Positions 19,998-29,537 of a stretch of DNA of 64,000 nt are shown piece by piece. The number at the start of each line of letters is the position of its first letter. The first letter of the stretch is position 1. Below the pieces are notes generated by a model. That model made no database searches. It saw nothing but the letters and a program-made list of their open reading frames with translations, and was not told the origin of the DNA. Origin of the DNA: Candidatus Bathyarchaeota archaeon (GTDB lineage Archaea; Thermoproteota; Bathyarchaeia; Bathyarchaeales; Bathycorpusculaceae); the NCBI GenBank assembly GCA_963702095.1, contig OY969706.1, positions 2,560,001-2,624,000 on the forward strand. Reading direction: 5' to 3'. Position numbers and translations under genes: made by a program.

Positions 19998-21443
19998 TCA
20001 TGGTTTTCCCAGCAGAAACTTTACGGCTCTCTTGGGATCCCGGAATGCTTTGAGCACCTTCTCCGAAGTGATGGCATGGTTGATTAAGTGAGCTTTAGCG
20101 CAGAGTTCGCGGACCTCTTGGGGGGTGAAGTCGGGGGTTTCAATCAGCGGCTCCACCTCAGCCAAACTGGAATCACTAAACGTTTCCTTTAGGTAGCCGC
20201 CTTTGACGGCTTGGTCGTAGAGTTCAGTGCCATAAACAGGCATAGCAATACTGAAGTAGAATCGGTCAGCGCCGAGTTTACGCAGTTTGTAAGCATATGA
20301 GATGGTTTGGTTCATTTCATCCTTGGTTTCCCCGATGAGTCCCATCACAAAGAAGCAGCCCACTCTTATGCCGACTTTGCGGGCTAAAACCACAGCGTTC
20401 TCCACGTCGCTGAGCTTCTGGTTCTTTTTGATGACTTGGTCGACAACACGTTGCACGCCTGATTCTGGGGCGACACGGATTTTTTTGCAGCCTGACGCCT
20501 TCATTTTCCTCAGCAACGGTTCGTCGAGGGTGTCGGCGCGGACTCCGTTGGGCGTAAACCACTCGATGTGGAGGTCTTTTTTCACTATCAAATCAAAGAT
20601 TGCCGCCGCCCTTTTCGTGTCAAGGGTCATGTTGTCGTCGAAGAAGTCAATCTGCTTCACCCCATAAGTGTGGACTAACTGCTCGATTTCAGCGACCACA
20701 TTTTGGGGGCTTCTGCCACGCCATGTGCGTCCCATGACGTTGTGGATGGTGCAGAAGACACATTGGTTGGGACAGCCTCGGCTGGTTATCATCATGGACC
20801 ATGGCTTGCTTATTTCGCCTCGCAGAGGGTTTTCTTTGACCGCAGCAAAGTATTCTTTCATGGGCAAGAGGTGTCTTGCGGGGAAGGGCAAGCTGTCTAA
20901 GTCTTTGATAAGCGGCCTCGGCGGTGTGAGCATGGTTTTTCCGTCTTTAACAAAACCAAGTCCCCGAACGTCTGCGGGGTTTTTGCCCTGCTCCAGCGCA
21001 TCTGCGAGTTCGGCGACTGTCTGTTCGGGTTCGCCGACCACGGCAAAATCGATGTTATGGTCCTCAAGGCACTCTTTGGGCCGCACAGACGGATGCAATC
21101 CGGTCAATAGGGTTGTGGTGTCTTTGTTGACCTCTTTAACAGCTGAGATAACCTCGTTTATTGAGATCCACCAGCCCGAAAAAGGCACCGTCACGCCAAC
21201 CATGTCAGGCGACCACGCTTTAACTTTGGCGGCGATTTCCTCGTTACACAAGCCCTGACGGTACTTTAGTCCGCCGATGTCTTCGAGGTTCCGCCACCCC
21301 TCTGTTGGCGCGTCAATAACTTGGACTTTATGGTTTTTTTCGAGCACCGCTGCTATGTACGCTATTTCGAGCGGTTGAAAAACGCTGGGTTTGCCCCAGA
21401 GTTTGGGGTGAATGCGGGGTGGATTGATGAGACAAACACGCAT
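19998..21443 (-). CDS. Cobalamin-binding radical SAM protein (paralog 5)
   Basis: LINPP, PLEIAYIAA, GLHPS, GEPE, SRGCPNQCVFC, APESG. Confidence 0.92.
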   Translation of the reverse strand: MRVCLINPPRIHPKLWGKPSVFQPLEIAYIAAVLEKNHKVQVIDAPTEGWRNLEDIGGLKYRQGLCNEEIAAKVKAWSPDMVGVTVPFSGWWISINEVISAVKEVNKDTTTLLTGLHPSVRPKECLEDHNIDFAVVGEPEQTVAELADALEQGKNPADVRGLGFVKDGKTMLTPPRPLIKDLDSLPFPARHLLPMKEYFAAVKENPLRGEISKPWSMMITSRGCPNQCVFCTIHNVMGRTWRGRSPQNVVAEIEQLVHTYGVKQIDFFDDNMTLDTKRAAAIFDLIVKKDLHIEWFTPNGVRADTLDEPLLRKMKASGCKKIRVAPESGVQRVVDQVIKKNQKLSDVENAVVLARKVGIRVGCFFVMGLIGETKDEMNQTISYAYKLRKLGADRFYFSIAMPVYGTELYDQAVKGGYLKETFSDSSLAEVEPLIETPDFTPQEVRELCAKAHLINHAITSEKVLKAFRDPKRAVKFLLGKP

Positions 21444-21531
21444 CTGTGGGGTACACGCTCTTTCGGTGCCGAGGTTACGGGAAAAAGGGTGTTGCCGCGA
21501 TTAATAGCTTCCGAAAAAACTCGCCCTGCAC

Positions 21532-22527
21532 TTAGATTGGGAAGAAGAACAGCCGAGTGAACACCAACACAGGCAAAAACAAAAGCACACACAGCACAAT
21601 TGTCATGTCGCGGATTTTTAGCGCCTCGAGGATTTTGTCGCCCGTTAAGGGTTCGTCGGGGTCGCCTAAGATGTATCGGTCAGGTTTCACCAGTTGCACC
21701 CGCAAAGCACCTGCCGTTGCCGCCATGGGCCAACCGTGGTTTCGACTCTGCGTTTTGCCGTTGTCCCGCTTCGCAATGCGCCAAGCATTCCTGTAATCAT
21801 AACGCAGAAGCGCCGCTGAAGCAACTATCAGCAGTGCGGCTAGGCGCGTGGGGATATAGTTGACTACTGTGTCTAGGGTGGCGCTGAACCAGCCTGTGTT
21901 TATGTGCTCTGGGTCTTTGAAGCCCACCATGCCGTCGAGGGTGTTTATGGCGCGGAACGCGATGGCGCCTGTGACTCCGAAAAGCGAGAACGAAATTATC
22001 GGGGACATTTTAAAGTCGATCAGGTTCTCAGACATGGATTCGATGATGGCGGAGCCCATTTGCTGGGCGTTTAAGTGGCTTGAATCACGCCTTGAGAAGT
22101 GAGCATATTTTTTGGCTTCTTGGGCGTCATTGGAGTCGATGGCTTTTGCAGCTGCTTTTGCCCAGTCAGTTTCCAGTTTTATGCAGATGGTGGCTTTAAG
22201 CAGGATTATGCCTATGAAGGCATAGAGGAAAATGCTCAAGGCGGCTACGGTGATGTAGCTGCGGATTGCCCACAGCACCAAAAAAGTGGGCACAGCAAAA
22301 ACAGCAATCACTGTTAAGCCCAAGAGTACGCCTAGGAACTTTTCGGTTTGGGGGTTGGGGTTTTTGAAGGCGGGCTCGATTTTTTTTGTGAAATTACCCA
22401 TCAAAACCGTTGGGTGCAACTTGAACAGTAGGCGGTCGGGGTTGTTGGGGGATGGGTCGCCAAGAATGAGGTCTAGTGCTATTGCGAGAACCAGCATGAC
22501 GATGGCGACCAACACGTCTGTTAGCAA
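21532..22527 (-). CDS. cbiB: Adenosylcobinamide-phosphate synthase
   Basis: DLILGDP, HPT, ESMSEN, RAINTLDGMVGFK, NYIPTRL, NHGWPMAA. Confidence 0.9.
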   Translation of the reverse strand: MLTDVLVAIVMLVLAIALDLILGDPSPNNPDRLLFKLHPTVLMGNFTKKIEPAFKNPNPQTEKFLGVLLGLTVIAVFAVPTFLVLWAIRSYITVAALSIFLYAFIGIILLKATICIKLETDWAKAAAKAIDSNDAQEAKKYAHFSRRDSSHLNAQQMGSAIIESMSENLIDFKMSPIISFSLFGVTGAIAFRAINTLDGMVGFKDPEHINTGWFSATLDTVVNYIPTRLAALLIVASAALLRYDYRNAWRIAKRDNGKTQSRNHGWPMAATAGALRVQLVKPDRYILGDPDEPLTGDKILEALKIRDMTIVLCVLLFLPVLVFTRLFFFPI

Positions 22528-22604
22528 GTTTTGGACCCAATAGTTCTTTGCTCCACTACTTCTGGGGAACAGTTAATATCGATTACGGTCACACAGTCTT
22601 GTCG

Positions 22605-22767
22605 GTTTTTCTAGTGTTAGATGAAGGCAAAGCCGCCCTTGCTCATCTTCTTCCAGCGGGTTTGACGGACGGCTTTGTTTTGCGTTCTGCAATGGAAATG
22701 GGTTGCTATTTGGTTGTGGGCAAATCCGCAAGCAGACCACACAAACACTTTTTTGATTTACCGATAC
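22605..22767 (-). repeat. Dispersed element, subfamily B copy B1
   Basis: Reverse strand: TATCGGTAAATCAAA..GCTTGCGG..ACAACCA..CCCGCTGGAAGAAGATGAGCAAGGGCGGCTTTGCCTTC..ACTAGAAAAA. Confidence 0.8.
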
Positions 22768-22865
22768 AGGCTCAATGAGGATTAGCGGAGTGTTCCAGGG
22801 CTGGAACGTTTTGTTCCATGAGTAGAGCTATGAGCGGCAGCATGCTATGGAAATGCAGTGTCTCT

Positions 22866-23981
22866 ATGAATAGAACCTGGCTTCCAATCCTGCTTCTCCT
22901 GACCGCCATCATAGTGTCCGCTGTACCCGTGTATGCCCAAACCTCAACGGTGACCATCGATGGAAACGGCAATATTATCCCCTCAACCGTGGCAATACAG
23001 AAGGCTGGAAACGTCTACACCTTAACCGCCGACCTCGGGGATACCTCAATAGTCGTTTTGGCCAACGACATCGTAATCGACGGTGCCAACCATGCCCTTG
23101 CTGGACTAGGGTCAAAACAGAACAAGATAGCACTTAACCTAACCGCAACCAACGTCACTATCCAAAACCTCCACATCATCAACTGGAAGGCGGGGATACT
23201 GGGCGCATGGAACAACAATACAATCACAAGATGTACCTTAAGTGGCAACAGCCAAGCAATAGCAATCTACGGAAACGACTACATCATTCGTGGAAACGCC
23301 ATAATGGGCAGCGATAGGGCACTGCTTATCGACGGCGGAGCCATCCGACCGAAAGGCGACAGCAACCTCATATCAGAAAACTGCATCTCCGCCAACATTG
23401 AAGCGTTGGACGTTTTAAACAGCAACGGAACAACAATAACAGCAAACACCATAGCAGGCAACACCTACATCTTAACGTTAGCAACCAACACCCAAAACAC
23501 CATCCTGTTCCTCAACAACTTCACGGGCAACACACAGGTTTTGCACATTCCTTTTGGTGGACCCTTCATAGAGGGCGTGCCTACTTTTTCGCCAGCTGGG
23601 CAGTGGGATAATGGTTCTGTGGGGAATTACTGGAGCGACTACAAAACCCTTTACCCCAACGCAACCGAAGTCGGACACAGCGGAATAGGTAACACCGCCT
23701 ACACAATCACCGATAAAGTCCCCTATTCAAGTACACATGCGAACGGAATATCCAAATCGGGAATCGCTACCTTGGGAACGGCAGTCGACAACCACCCCTT
23801 TATCGACCCTATCGTGGTATCAACAGGCTTCTCTGATGCACAGCCGAATCCTTCGCCTACAGTTCCCGAGTTCCAGTACTGGATACTGCTGGTTACAGTA
23901 CTGCTGGCAGTCTACTCGGTAATCTTAGTTGCCTTACGGTACCCAAAACTTTTTGCGAAGCGCAAAAGCAAAAAGAGTTAG
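22866..23981 (+). CDS. Secreted NosD/CASH beta-helix protein with PEF-CTERM-like anchor
   Basis: Signal peptide (MNRTWLPILLLL), beta-helix repeats, GNYWSDY, DNHPF, PSPTVPEF + TM + KRKSKK. Confidence 0.85.
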   Translation: MNRTWLPILLLLTAIIVSAVPVYAQTSTVTIDGNGNIIPSTVAIQKAGNVYTLTADLGDTSIVVLANDIVIDGANHALAGLGSKQNKIALNLTATNVTIQNLHIINWKAGILGAWNNNTITRCTLSGNSQAIAIYGNDYIIRGNAIMGSDRALLIDGGAIRPKGDSNLISENCISANIEALDVLNSNGTTITANTIAGNTYILTLATNTQNTILFLNNFTGNTQVLHIPFGGPFIEGVPTFSPAGQWDNGSVGNYWSDYKTLYPNATEVGHSGIGNTAYTITDKVPYSSTHANGISKSGIATLGTAVDNHPFIDPIVVSTGFSDAQPNPSPTVPEFQYWILLVTVLLAVYSVILVALRYPKLFAKRKSKKS

Positions 23982-25528
23982 CTTACCACCTTGCCGTCGA
24001 CTATTACCATTTCTACCGCGATATCCTTGATGTGGCTGCTATGCACTTTCTCGGGGTCTTTGGAGAGAACCGTTAAGTCAGCAAGTTTGCCCTCTTCAAT
24101 CGAGCCCTTTAGCGTTTCTTCGCCTGAAACGTAAGCTGCATCCAAAGTGTACATTCTAAGCGCTTGCTCCACTGTAAGGCGCTGATCAACAAAGCAAGGT
24201 CGCTCCACAGCCTCCTGCATGCCCAACAGGGGACTCAATGGCTCCATAGGGCAGTCTGAGCCGCCGCCGATTTTGACGCCTGAGTCGAGGAGGGTTTTGA
24301 GGGGATGCAGCCACTTCGCCCGTTCCTCGCCCAAGTGCTCGATGGCGGACCAGACGGTGAACTCGGTTGTGACGACTTTGGGCTGGACGGTGACGACGAC
24401 GCCAAGCCGCTTGAGTTGTTCTAAAAGCTTGGGGTTTAGGAGTGCGGCTTGTTCAAGGCGGAAACGTGTACCATTCTGTTTGGGTGCTTGCTCAATAACT
24501 TTTAGTGCCATTAAGATGGCTTGGTCTCCCATCGCGTGAATAACAGGTTGATAACCCATCGCCAGCACTTCCTCGACTAAACTTGCCAACGCTTTCTCGC
24601 CGAAGCAGAGTTTGCCGCTGTTGTCTGGGTCGTCGCTGTAGGGTTCCGTCAGCGCCGCGGTTTTGGAGTCCAAGTAGCCGTCGGTGGCGATGAAGACGCC
24701 GCCCAGTCGCAGCATCAAAGGGTCATTTGAACTACGGAAACACGCAGTCCTCTTATGGAATTCTTGGGGCACAATAACGTTTACTCTAAGCGGCAGCTTG
24801 CCCTCGATATGCAGCCGCTGGATTATGGCTAATTCGGTTTCTGAGAGGATTATCCAGTGCACGCTGGTTAAACCCGCCTTGACCAACTCTTTGCAGGCGA
24901 CTGCTGTTGCCTCAGAGAGTTCATCAAGCGATGGTTCGGGGACTTTTTGCCACACAAGGTTAGTAGCGCTATCATGCAAGATGCCTGTGAGCTCACCTGA
25001 TTGGTCCTTGTCGATGCCGCCGCCCTCTGGGGTAGGAGTCTGTTTTGTCACTTGGGCTTTGGACAGTGCAAGGCTATTAACGGCACAGAGGTAGGCAGCT
25101 TCGTGGTAGAGGATAACGGGGTTGTCTGGCACAGCCCTATCTAAATCGGTGAGGTTTAGGAAGCGTTTTTCTCTGAAGCGTTTGTCGTTCCAGTTTCTAC
25201 CGATAATCCAGCCATCAGCCGGCAGTTTTTTCGCCTTCGCCTTCAGCATATCAGCTACGTCTTGGATAGATTCTGCCAGAGTTAGGTCAACCCAGAGGAG
25301 GCATCTGCCAAAATCCGCCACGTGAACATGGGTGTCGATTAAGCCGGGAACCACAGTTTTACCTTCTAAGCTAAGTACCGTGGTGTTTTCATCGATTAGC
25401 GAAGCGATTTCTGTGTTGCTGCCGACTTTGACGATTTTATTTTCGGCTACGGCAACTGCTTGGGCGCGGGGGTGTTTGGGGTTTAGGGTTTCGATGGTGG
25501 TGTTTATGAGGACTAAGTCGGCTGGCAA
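23978..25528 (-). CDS. Amidohydrolase 3 family (YtcJ-like) protein
   Basis: PGLIDTHVH, HAMGD, GSDCP, GSIEEGKLADL. Confidence 0.85.
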   Translation of the reverse strand: MPADLVLINTTIETLNPKHPRAQAVAVAENKIVKVGSNTEIASLIDENTTVLSLEGKTVVPGLIDTHVHVADFGRCLLWVDLTLAESIQDVADMLKAKAKKLPADGWIIGRNWNDKRFREKRFLNLTDLDRAVPDNPVILYHEAAYLCAVNSLALSKAQVTKQTPTPEGGGIDKDQSGELTGILHDSATNLVWQKVPEPSLDELSEATAVACKELVKAGLTSVHWIILSETELAIIQRLHIEGKLPLRVNVIVPQEFHKRTACFRSSNDPLMLRLGGVFIATDGYLDSKTAALTEPYSDDPDNSGKLCFGEKALASLVEEVLAMGYQPVIHAMGDQAILMALKVIEQAPKQNGTRFRLEQAALLNPKLLEQLKRLGVVVTVQPKVVTTEFTVWSAIEHLGEERAKWLHPLKTLLDSGVKIGGGSDCPMEPLSPLLGMQEAVERPCFVDQRLTVEQALRMYTLDAAYVSGEETLKGSIEEGKLADLTVLSKDPEKVHSSHIKDIAVEMVIVDGKVVS

Positions 25529-25576
25529 ATCGGTGTTCCCACTTCGCCTATTGGGTGCTTGTGATAAAAGCTTTGC

Positions 25577-28129
25577 TTAGAGGGTGGCGGCTGCTTTTTT
25601 GGTTTGTTTTCTAAGACGATAGCCGAGTAGGGCAATCACCAAAACAGTCACCAGAATCGCGACTACAATTGCAATCGATTCCATACTGATGGGCACCGCA
25701 GGATTAGACGGATTTGTCGAAGTCGAATCAGGCGCTGAGTCGGTAATTTCGTTGGCGAAGCAGTAGAGGTTCCAGTCGTTGCAGCCCACATATAGCCGAT
25801 TATTAGCTATGGCTGGTGCAGACCAGCTGCTAGAGGGCGTGGTGGCTTGAGCGATGACTTTTCCCTGTTGGGCAGTGTCTAAGATGAATATGTGGCGTTG
25901 GCTGGTAACCATGTAGACTTTGCCGTTGGCGTAGGCTGGAGCAACGGTGAGTTCGTCGCCTGTGAAGTAGCTCCATTTGGTTTGACCGTTGCTGGCGTCG
26001 AGGCAGGCAAGGTTGAATTTGTCGATGACATAGAGGTTGCCATCTACGGGGATGGGGCTTGAAACGATGAATTCGCCTGCGCTGGGATCAGTGAAGTTCC
26101 ACACAAAGTTGCCTGTGGCTTCATCTATGCCATAATATGAGCGCATGTTAGAGGAGACATACACCATGCCGTTGGCTACGGAGGGGGTGCCGAGCATTTC
26201 GGTGCCGCCTTGGAACTGGTAAACGTAGGGAATCTCCTGTTTCCATGCGACAGCCCCATTGGAGGTGTCCAGCTTGTAGAGTCCTGCTGAATCAGGTTCC
26301 TGGGAATAGAAGAATACGCTGTTGTCAGCCACCGCCGGAGAAGACGTTATGGGACCATCTGTTTTGGCTTTCCAAACCATATTGCCGCTGGAAGCGTCTA
26401 GGCAGTAGAGGTTTCCGTCTATGGAGCCAACGTAGACTCTGCCGTTTACGACGGTAGGGGAAGACTTCATCACGATGGTGTTGAAGGTGAATGGCAGGTT
26501 GCCGTTGACAAACGTTTTCCAAAGAAGCTTACCCGTTGACGTATCGAGACAGTAAACGTATCCGTCGTCGCCACCAGTGTAGAGTTTGCCGCCAACCACT
26601 GCAGGGGTGGATTCCACTGCGCCACCTGTGGTGTATTTCCAGATTAAAGCGCCGCTCCATGCTCCGACGGCGTAAACGTTTTTGTCTTGGGAGCCAAAGT
26701 AGACGACGCCGTTAACCACTGACGGGGCAGATATGACGGAGCCGTTAGTTGTAAATTTCCAGGCCATGGTCAGGTTGTAGGGACCTTCAGGGGCGGCTGA
26801 GGAGTGCTCTGGGTCTGCTCGCCACATTGGCCAGTTACTGGCTGGAGTGGAGTCTGAACCTATGCACCATAACTCGTTTAGACGTGAATACTCGTTGCCT
26901 GTGGAAGCGTCAACTGAGGTGGTGACGTTGCCGGGGATCATGTAGAGTTTGCCGTAGGCGATGGCGATTGATTCTCTGGGTGCGAGGGCTTCCACCGGTA
27001 GGGTCCAGATGGGTTCGCCTGTGAATGCGTCGATGCAGGCAAATTGGGAGGTGCCGACTTGGCCAAAGTACTGGGCAACTTCGCCGGTGGTAACGTAGAC
27101 TTTGCCGTCTGCAACAGCGGGCATACCAGGCCACAGTAGCGACTCGTCGGGGCCTTTGTAGCGCCAAACTAAGCTGCCGGTTTGGCCGTCGAGGGCATAG
27201 AGGTAGCCGTCTTTGTTCATTTCGTAAACTATGCCGTAAGCCACAGCTGGGCCCGTGGTGAAGTATCCGTCGGTGTCGTTTTCGGGGGTGTAGGTCCAGA
27301 TTATGGCGCCGTTGCTGGCGTTGAAACAGTACATTGTGTTGTCGTCGGTTCCGCCTCTGTAGAATTTGCCGTCTGAGTAGGCGCCGTTGAAAATCATCGG
27401 TCCCTTAGTCAGCGTAGTCCACACGATCTCACCTGTTTTAGCGTTGACTCCGAACTGCTGGTTCTCAAATGACCCAGTGAAGACTAAGCCGCCGCCGTAG
27501 GTGGCGCCTACGCCTGTTTTGCCGCCGCCAGGAATATAGGTGTTCCAAGCCAGGGTGGGCGGTTGATCGGGGTTAGAGAAGTCCCACGCTTGGAGGAATG
27601 TATCAGATTTTACATAGAACATTCTTTCTTCTGGACTGTAAACGTTTGCCGTAAAGATTCCTGTGTCAGGGGTAAAGTTGGGGCTGGTCCAGATGATCTG
27701 CCCAGTTTTAGGGTTAAGGCAGGTACCTTCCACGACCATGTGGGTGTCGTCGATTTTGAAGGCGATGGGCCAGGTTCCATTCATCTCAATCGGTGTTTGC
27801 CAAGCAATACTGCCAGATTGGTCTACTGCAACCACAGAGGTGCTTGAGCAAACATAGATCATGCCGTCGAACGCTGAGAGGTAGGGTTGTATGCCTGGGA
27901 CGTTGGCTTTCCAAAGGATTTGGGAACTTGAGGGGGCGGGTCCCGCTGAGAAACGGGTGAAGGAGGAGTCGCCTTGGAACTGTGACCATTCATACTGCGA
28001 GAGATCGACGTTCGCAGCGCTCGTTGGAGTGCTGGATTGGGCATGTATGATTGAGAGGGAGGCAAGCATTGAGCATGCTAAAATCAGGGTCAAGGCAACT
28101 GTTATTTTGATGTTTTTTAGTTTGGTCAT
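25577..28129 (-). CDS. Membrane-anchored double PQQ-like (BamB-like) beta-propeller protein
   Basis: Signal peptide; two closure motifs (WSQFQGD, WPMWRAD); repeated SSPAVxxGxVYxGSxDGxLYxLDAxxGxxxW; C-terminal TM + basic tail. Confidence 0.88.
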   Translation of the reverse strand: MTKLKNIKITVALTLILACSMLASLSIIHAQSSTPTSAANVDLSQYEWSQFQGDSSFTRFSAGPAPSSSQILWKANVPGIQPYLSAFDGMIYVCSSTSVVAVDQSGSIAWQTPIEMNGTWPIAFKIDDTHMVVEGTCLNPKTGQIIWTSPNFTPDTGIFTANVYSPEERMFYVKSDTFLQAWDFSNPDQPPTLAWNTYIPGGGKTGVGATYGGGLVFTGSFENQQFGVNAKTGEIVWTTLTKGPMIFNGAYSDGKFYRGGTDDNTMYCFNASNGAIIWTYTPENDTDGYFTTGPAVAYGIVYEMNKDGYLYALDGQTGSLVWRYKGPDESLLWPGMPAVADGKVYVTTGEVAQYFGQVGTSQFACIDAFTGEPIWTLPVEALAPRESIAIAYGKLYMIPGNVTTSVDASTGNEYSRLNELWCIGSDSTPASNWPMWRADPEHSSAAPEGPYNLTMAWKFTTNGSVISAPSVVNGVVYFGSQDKNVYAVGAWSGALIWKYTTGGAVESTPAVVGGKLYTGGDDGYVYCLDTSTGKLLWKTFVNGNLPFTFNTIVMKSSPTVVNGRVYVGSIDGNLYCLDASSGNMVWKAKTDGPITSSPAVADNSVFFYSQEPDSAGLYKLDTSNGAVAWKQEIPYVYQFQGGTEMLGTPSVANGMVYVSSNMRSYYGIDEATGNFVWNFTDPSAGEFIVSSPIPVDGNLYVIDKFNLACLDASNGQTKWSYFTGDELTVAPAYANGKVYMVTSQRHIFILDTAQQGKVIAQATTPSSSWSAPAIANNRLYVGCNDWNLYCFANEITDSAPDSTSTNPSNPAVPISMESIAIVVAILVTVLVIALLGYRLRKQTKKAAATL

Positions 28130-28358
28130 AGCTCATCGCTTAGAGTTGTTTAGGGATCTGTTGGAGAACTTTTTGGGTCTCTTGACGGAAGGATGAATAA
28201 TTACTTCCCCGCTGCCACTATAAAGTTTACGGAAAACAAGGTTTGTCAAAAAAACAGATGCTGGTAGAAACCCCAAAGATGGTTAAAACTAGAAAAGTGC
28301 AGAAGACTTTTTAAGCTATAGAGAATCTAAAAAATGGTAAATTGAGGGGAATTTTACC

Positions 28359-29450
28359 TTGACACAGAATGGTCCATTACTCATGACTTCTTGGAGAGCA
28401 ACAGGCGCCTGCAACGCCCGATGCCTATACTGCAACGTTGACGCCACGGGCAAGCATGCTCCAAGAGAAATGACAACTCAGGAAGCCTTCCACCTCGTCG
28501 ATGAGGTGCAAAAGTTTGGGGTAAGATGGTTCGGTTTGAAAGGCGGCGAACCCCTAACACGCCCAGACATATTTGAAATTGCCACTTACGCTAAAAGTAA
28601 AGGCTTAAACGTGTGCCTCTTAACCAACGGTGTCTTCGTGGACGGTTCAATCTATGACAACTTGGTTAAAAACCAGATTTGGTCGTCAGTAAGCATCGAC
28701 GGTCCAGAAGAAATCAACGATCAACTCAGAGGGAAAGGCAGCTACAAGAAAGCAGTCGCAGCCATTGAAAAACTTGCCAACGGCAAAATCCTAAACGGCT
28801 TAGCCTGCGCAATAACAACAATCAACCTTAAACACCTCGATCACGTCGCTGAACTCGCAGACAAGTATCATGCAAACTTTGTCTGGTATAATGCCCTTGT
28901 TCCCAGCGGCAGAGCAAAAACAACCATGGAATTAGAACCCACCCCAGAACAATACGAATGGGTACTCAACCACATCTGGGACATTACAGAAAAATACAAG
29001 GGCAAATTCGAAGTCCATGTACATTGCCCATTCTTTGCGCGTGTGGTAAAGCAGCGTCTTCCAGAAAAAGAATTCAACGAATGGTATGAAAAAGAATTCC
29101 ACGGCAAATGCACCTACTTCGCCTTCGGCGGCTACCTCTCAGTAACCGAAAACGGAGACTTGATTCCCTGCTTCTACACTGACTTGCAGCCCAACGAACC
29201 CATGATGCTGGGTAACATCCGCAGTAAATCCTTAAACACAGCATGGGAAGAAGTCAAAGCCTCAAAATACTACAACAGGTTCCAAGACCGCAAAATTCTC
29301 AAGGGCAAATGCGGAGTCTGCGAATACCTTGATGTCTGTGGCGGATGCCGAAACCGAGCCTACGCATACACTGGCGACATAACGGAGTCTGACCCAGCCT
29401 GCGGCTATATTCCTAAGGCATGGGCTGAAATGCAGAAGAAAAAGAAGTAA
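28359..29450 (+). CDS. Radical SAM/SPASM protein (NirJ/Ahb/PqqE-like)
   Basis: CNARCLYC, GGEPL, SIDG, SPASM cysteines (C..GDLIPC..CGVC..CGGCR..DPAC). Confidence 0.88.
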   Translation: MTQNGPLLMTSWRATGACNARCLYCNVDATGKHAPREMTTQEAFHLVDEVQKFGVRWFGLKGGEPLTRPDIFEIATYAKSKGLNVCLLTNGVFVDGSIYDNLVKNQIWSSVSIDGPEEINDQLRGKGSYKKAVAAIEKLANGKILNGLACAITTINLKHLDHVAELADKYHANFVWYNALVPSGRAKTTMELEPTPEQYEWVLNHIWDITEKYKGKFEVHVHCPFFARVVKQRLPEKEFNEWYEKEFHGKCTYFAFGGYLSVTENGDLIPCFYTDLQPNEPMMLGNIRSKSLNTAWEEVKASKYYNRFQDRKILKGKCGVCEYLDVCGGCRNRAYAYTGDITESDPACGYIPKAWAEMQKKKK

Positions 29451-29537
29451 ATTCTGCAAATTCTTCTCTTATTTTGGTTTTCAGTTTTTAGCATAACTAA
29501 CATAAGCGAATTAGTTGACTCGTTATCATGAGCAGAA

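Noticed and set aside
22530-22800. Cobalamin riboswitch upstream of cbiB
   Set aside because: No recognisable B12-box, and the region is explained by element copy B1, which also occurs before unrelated genes
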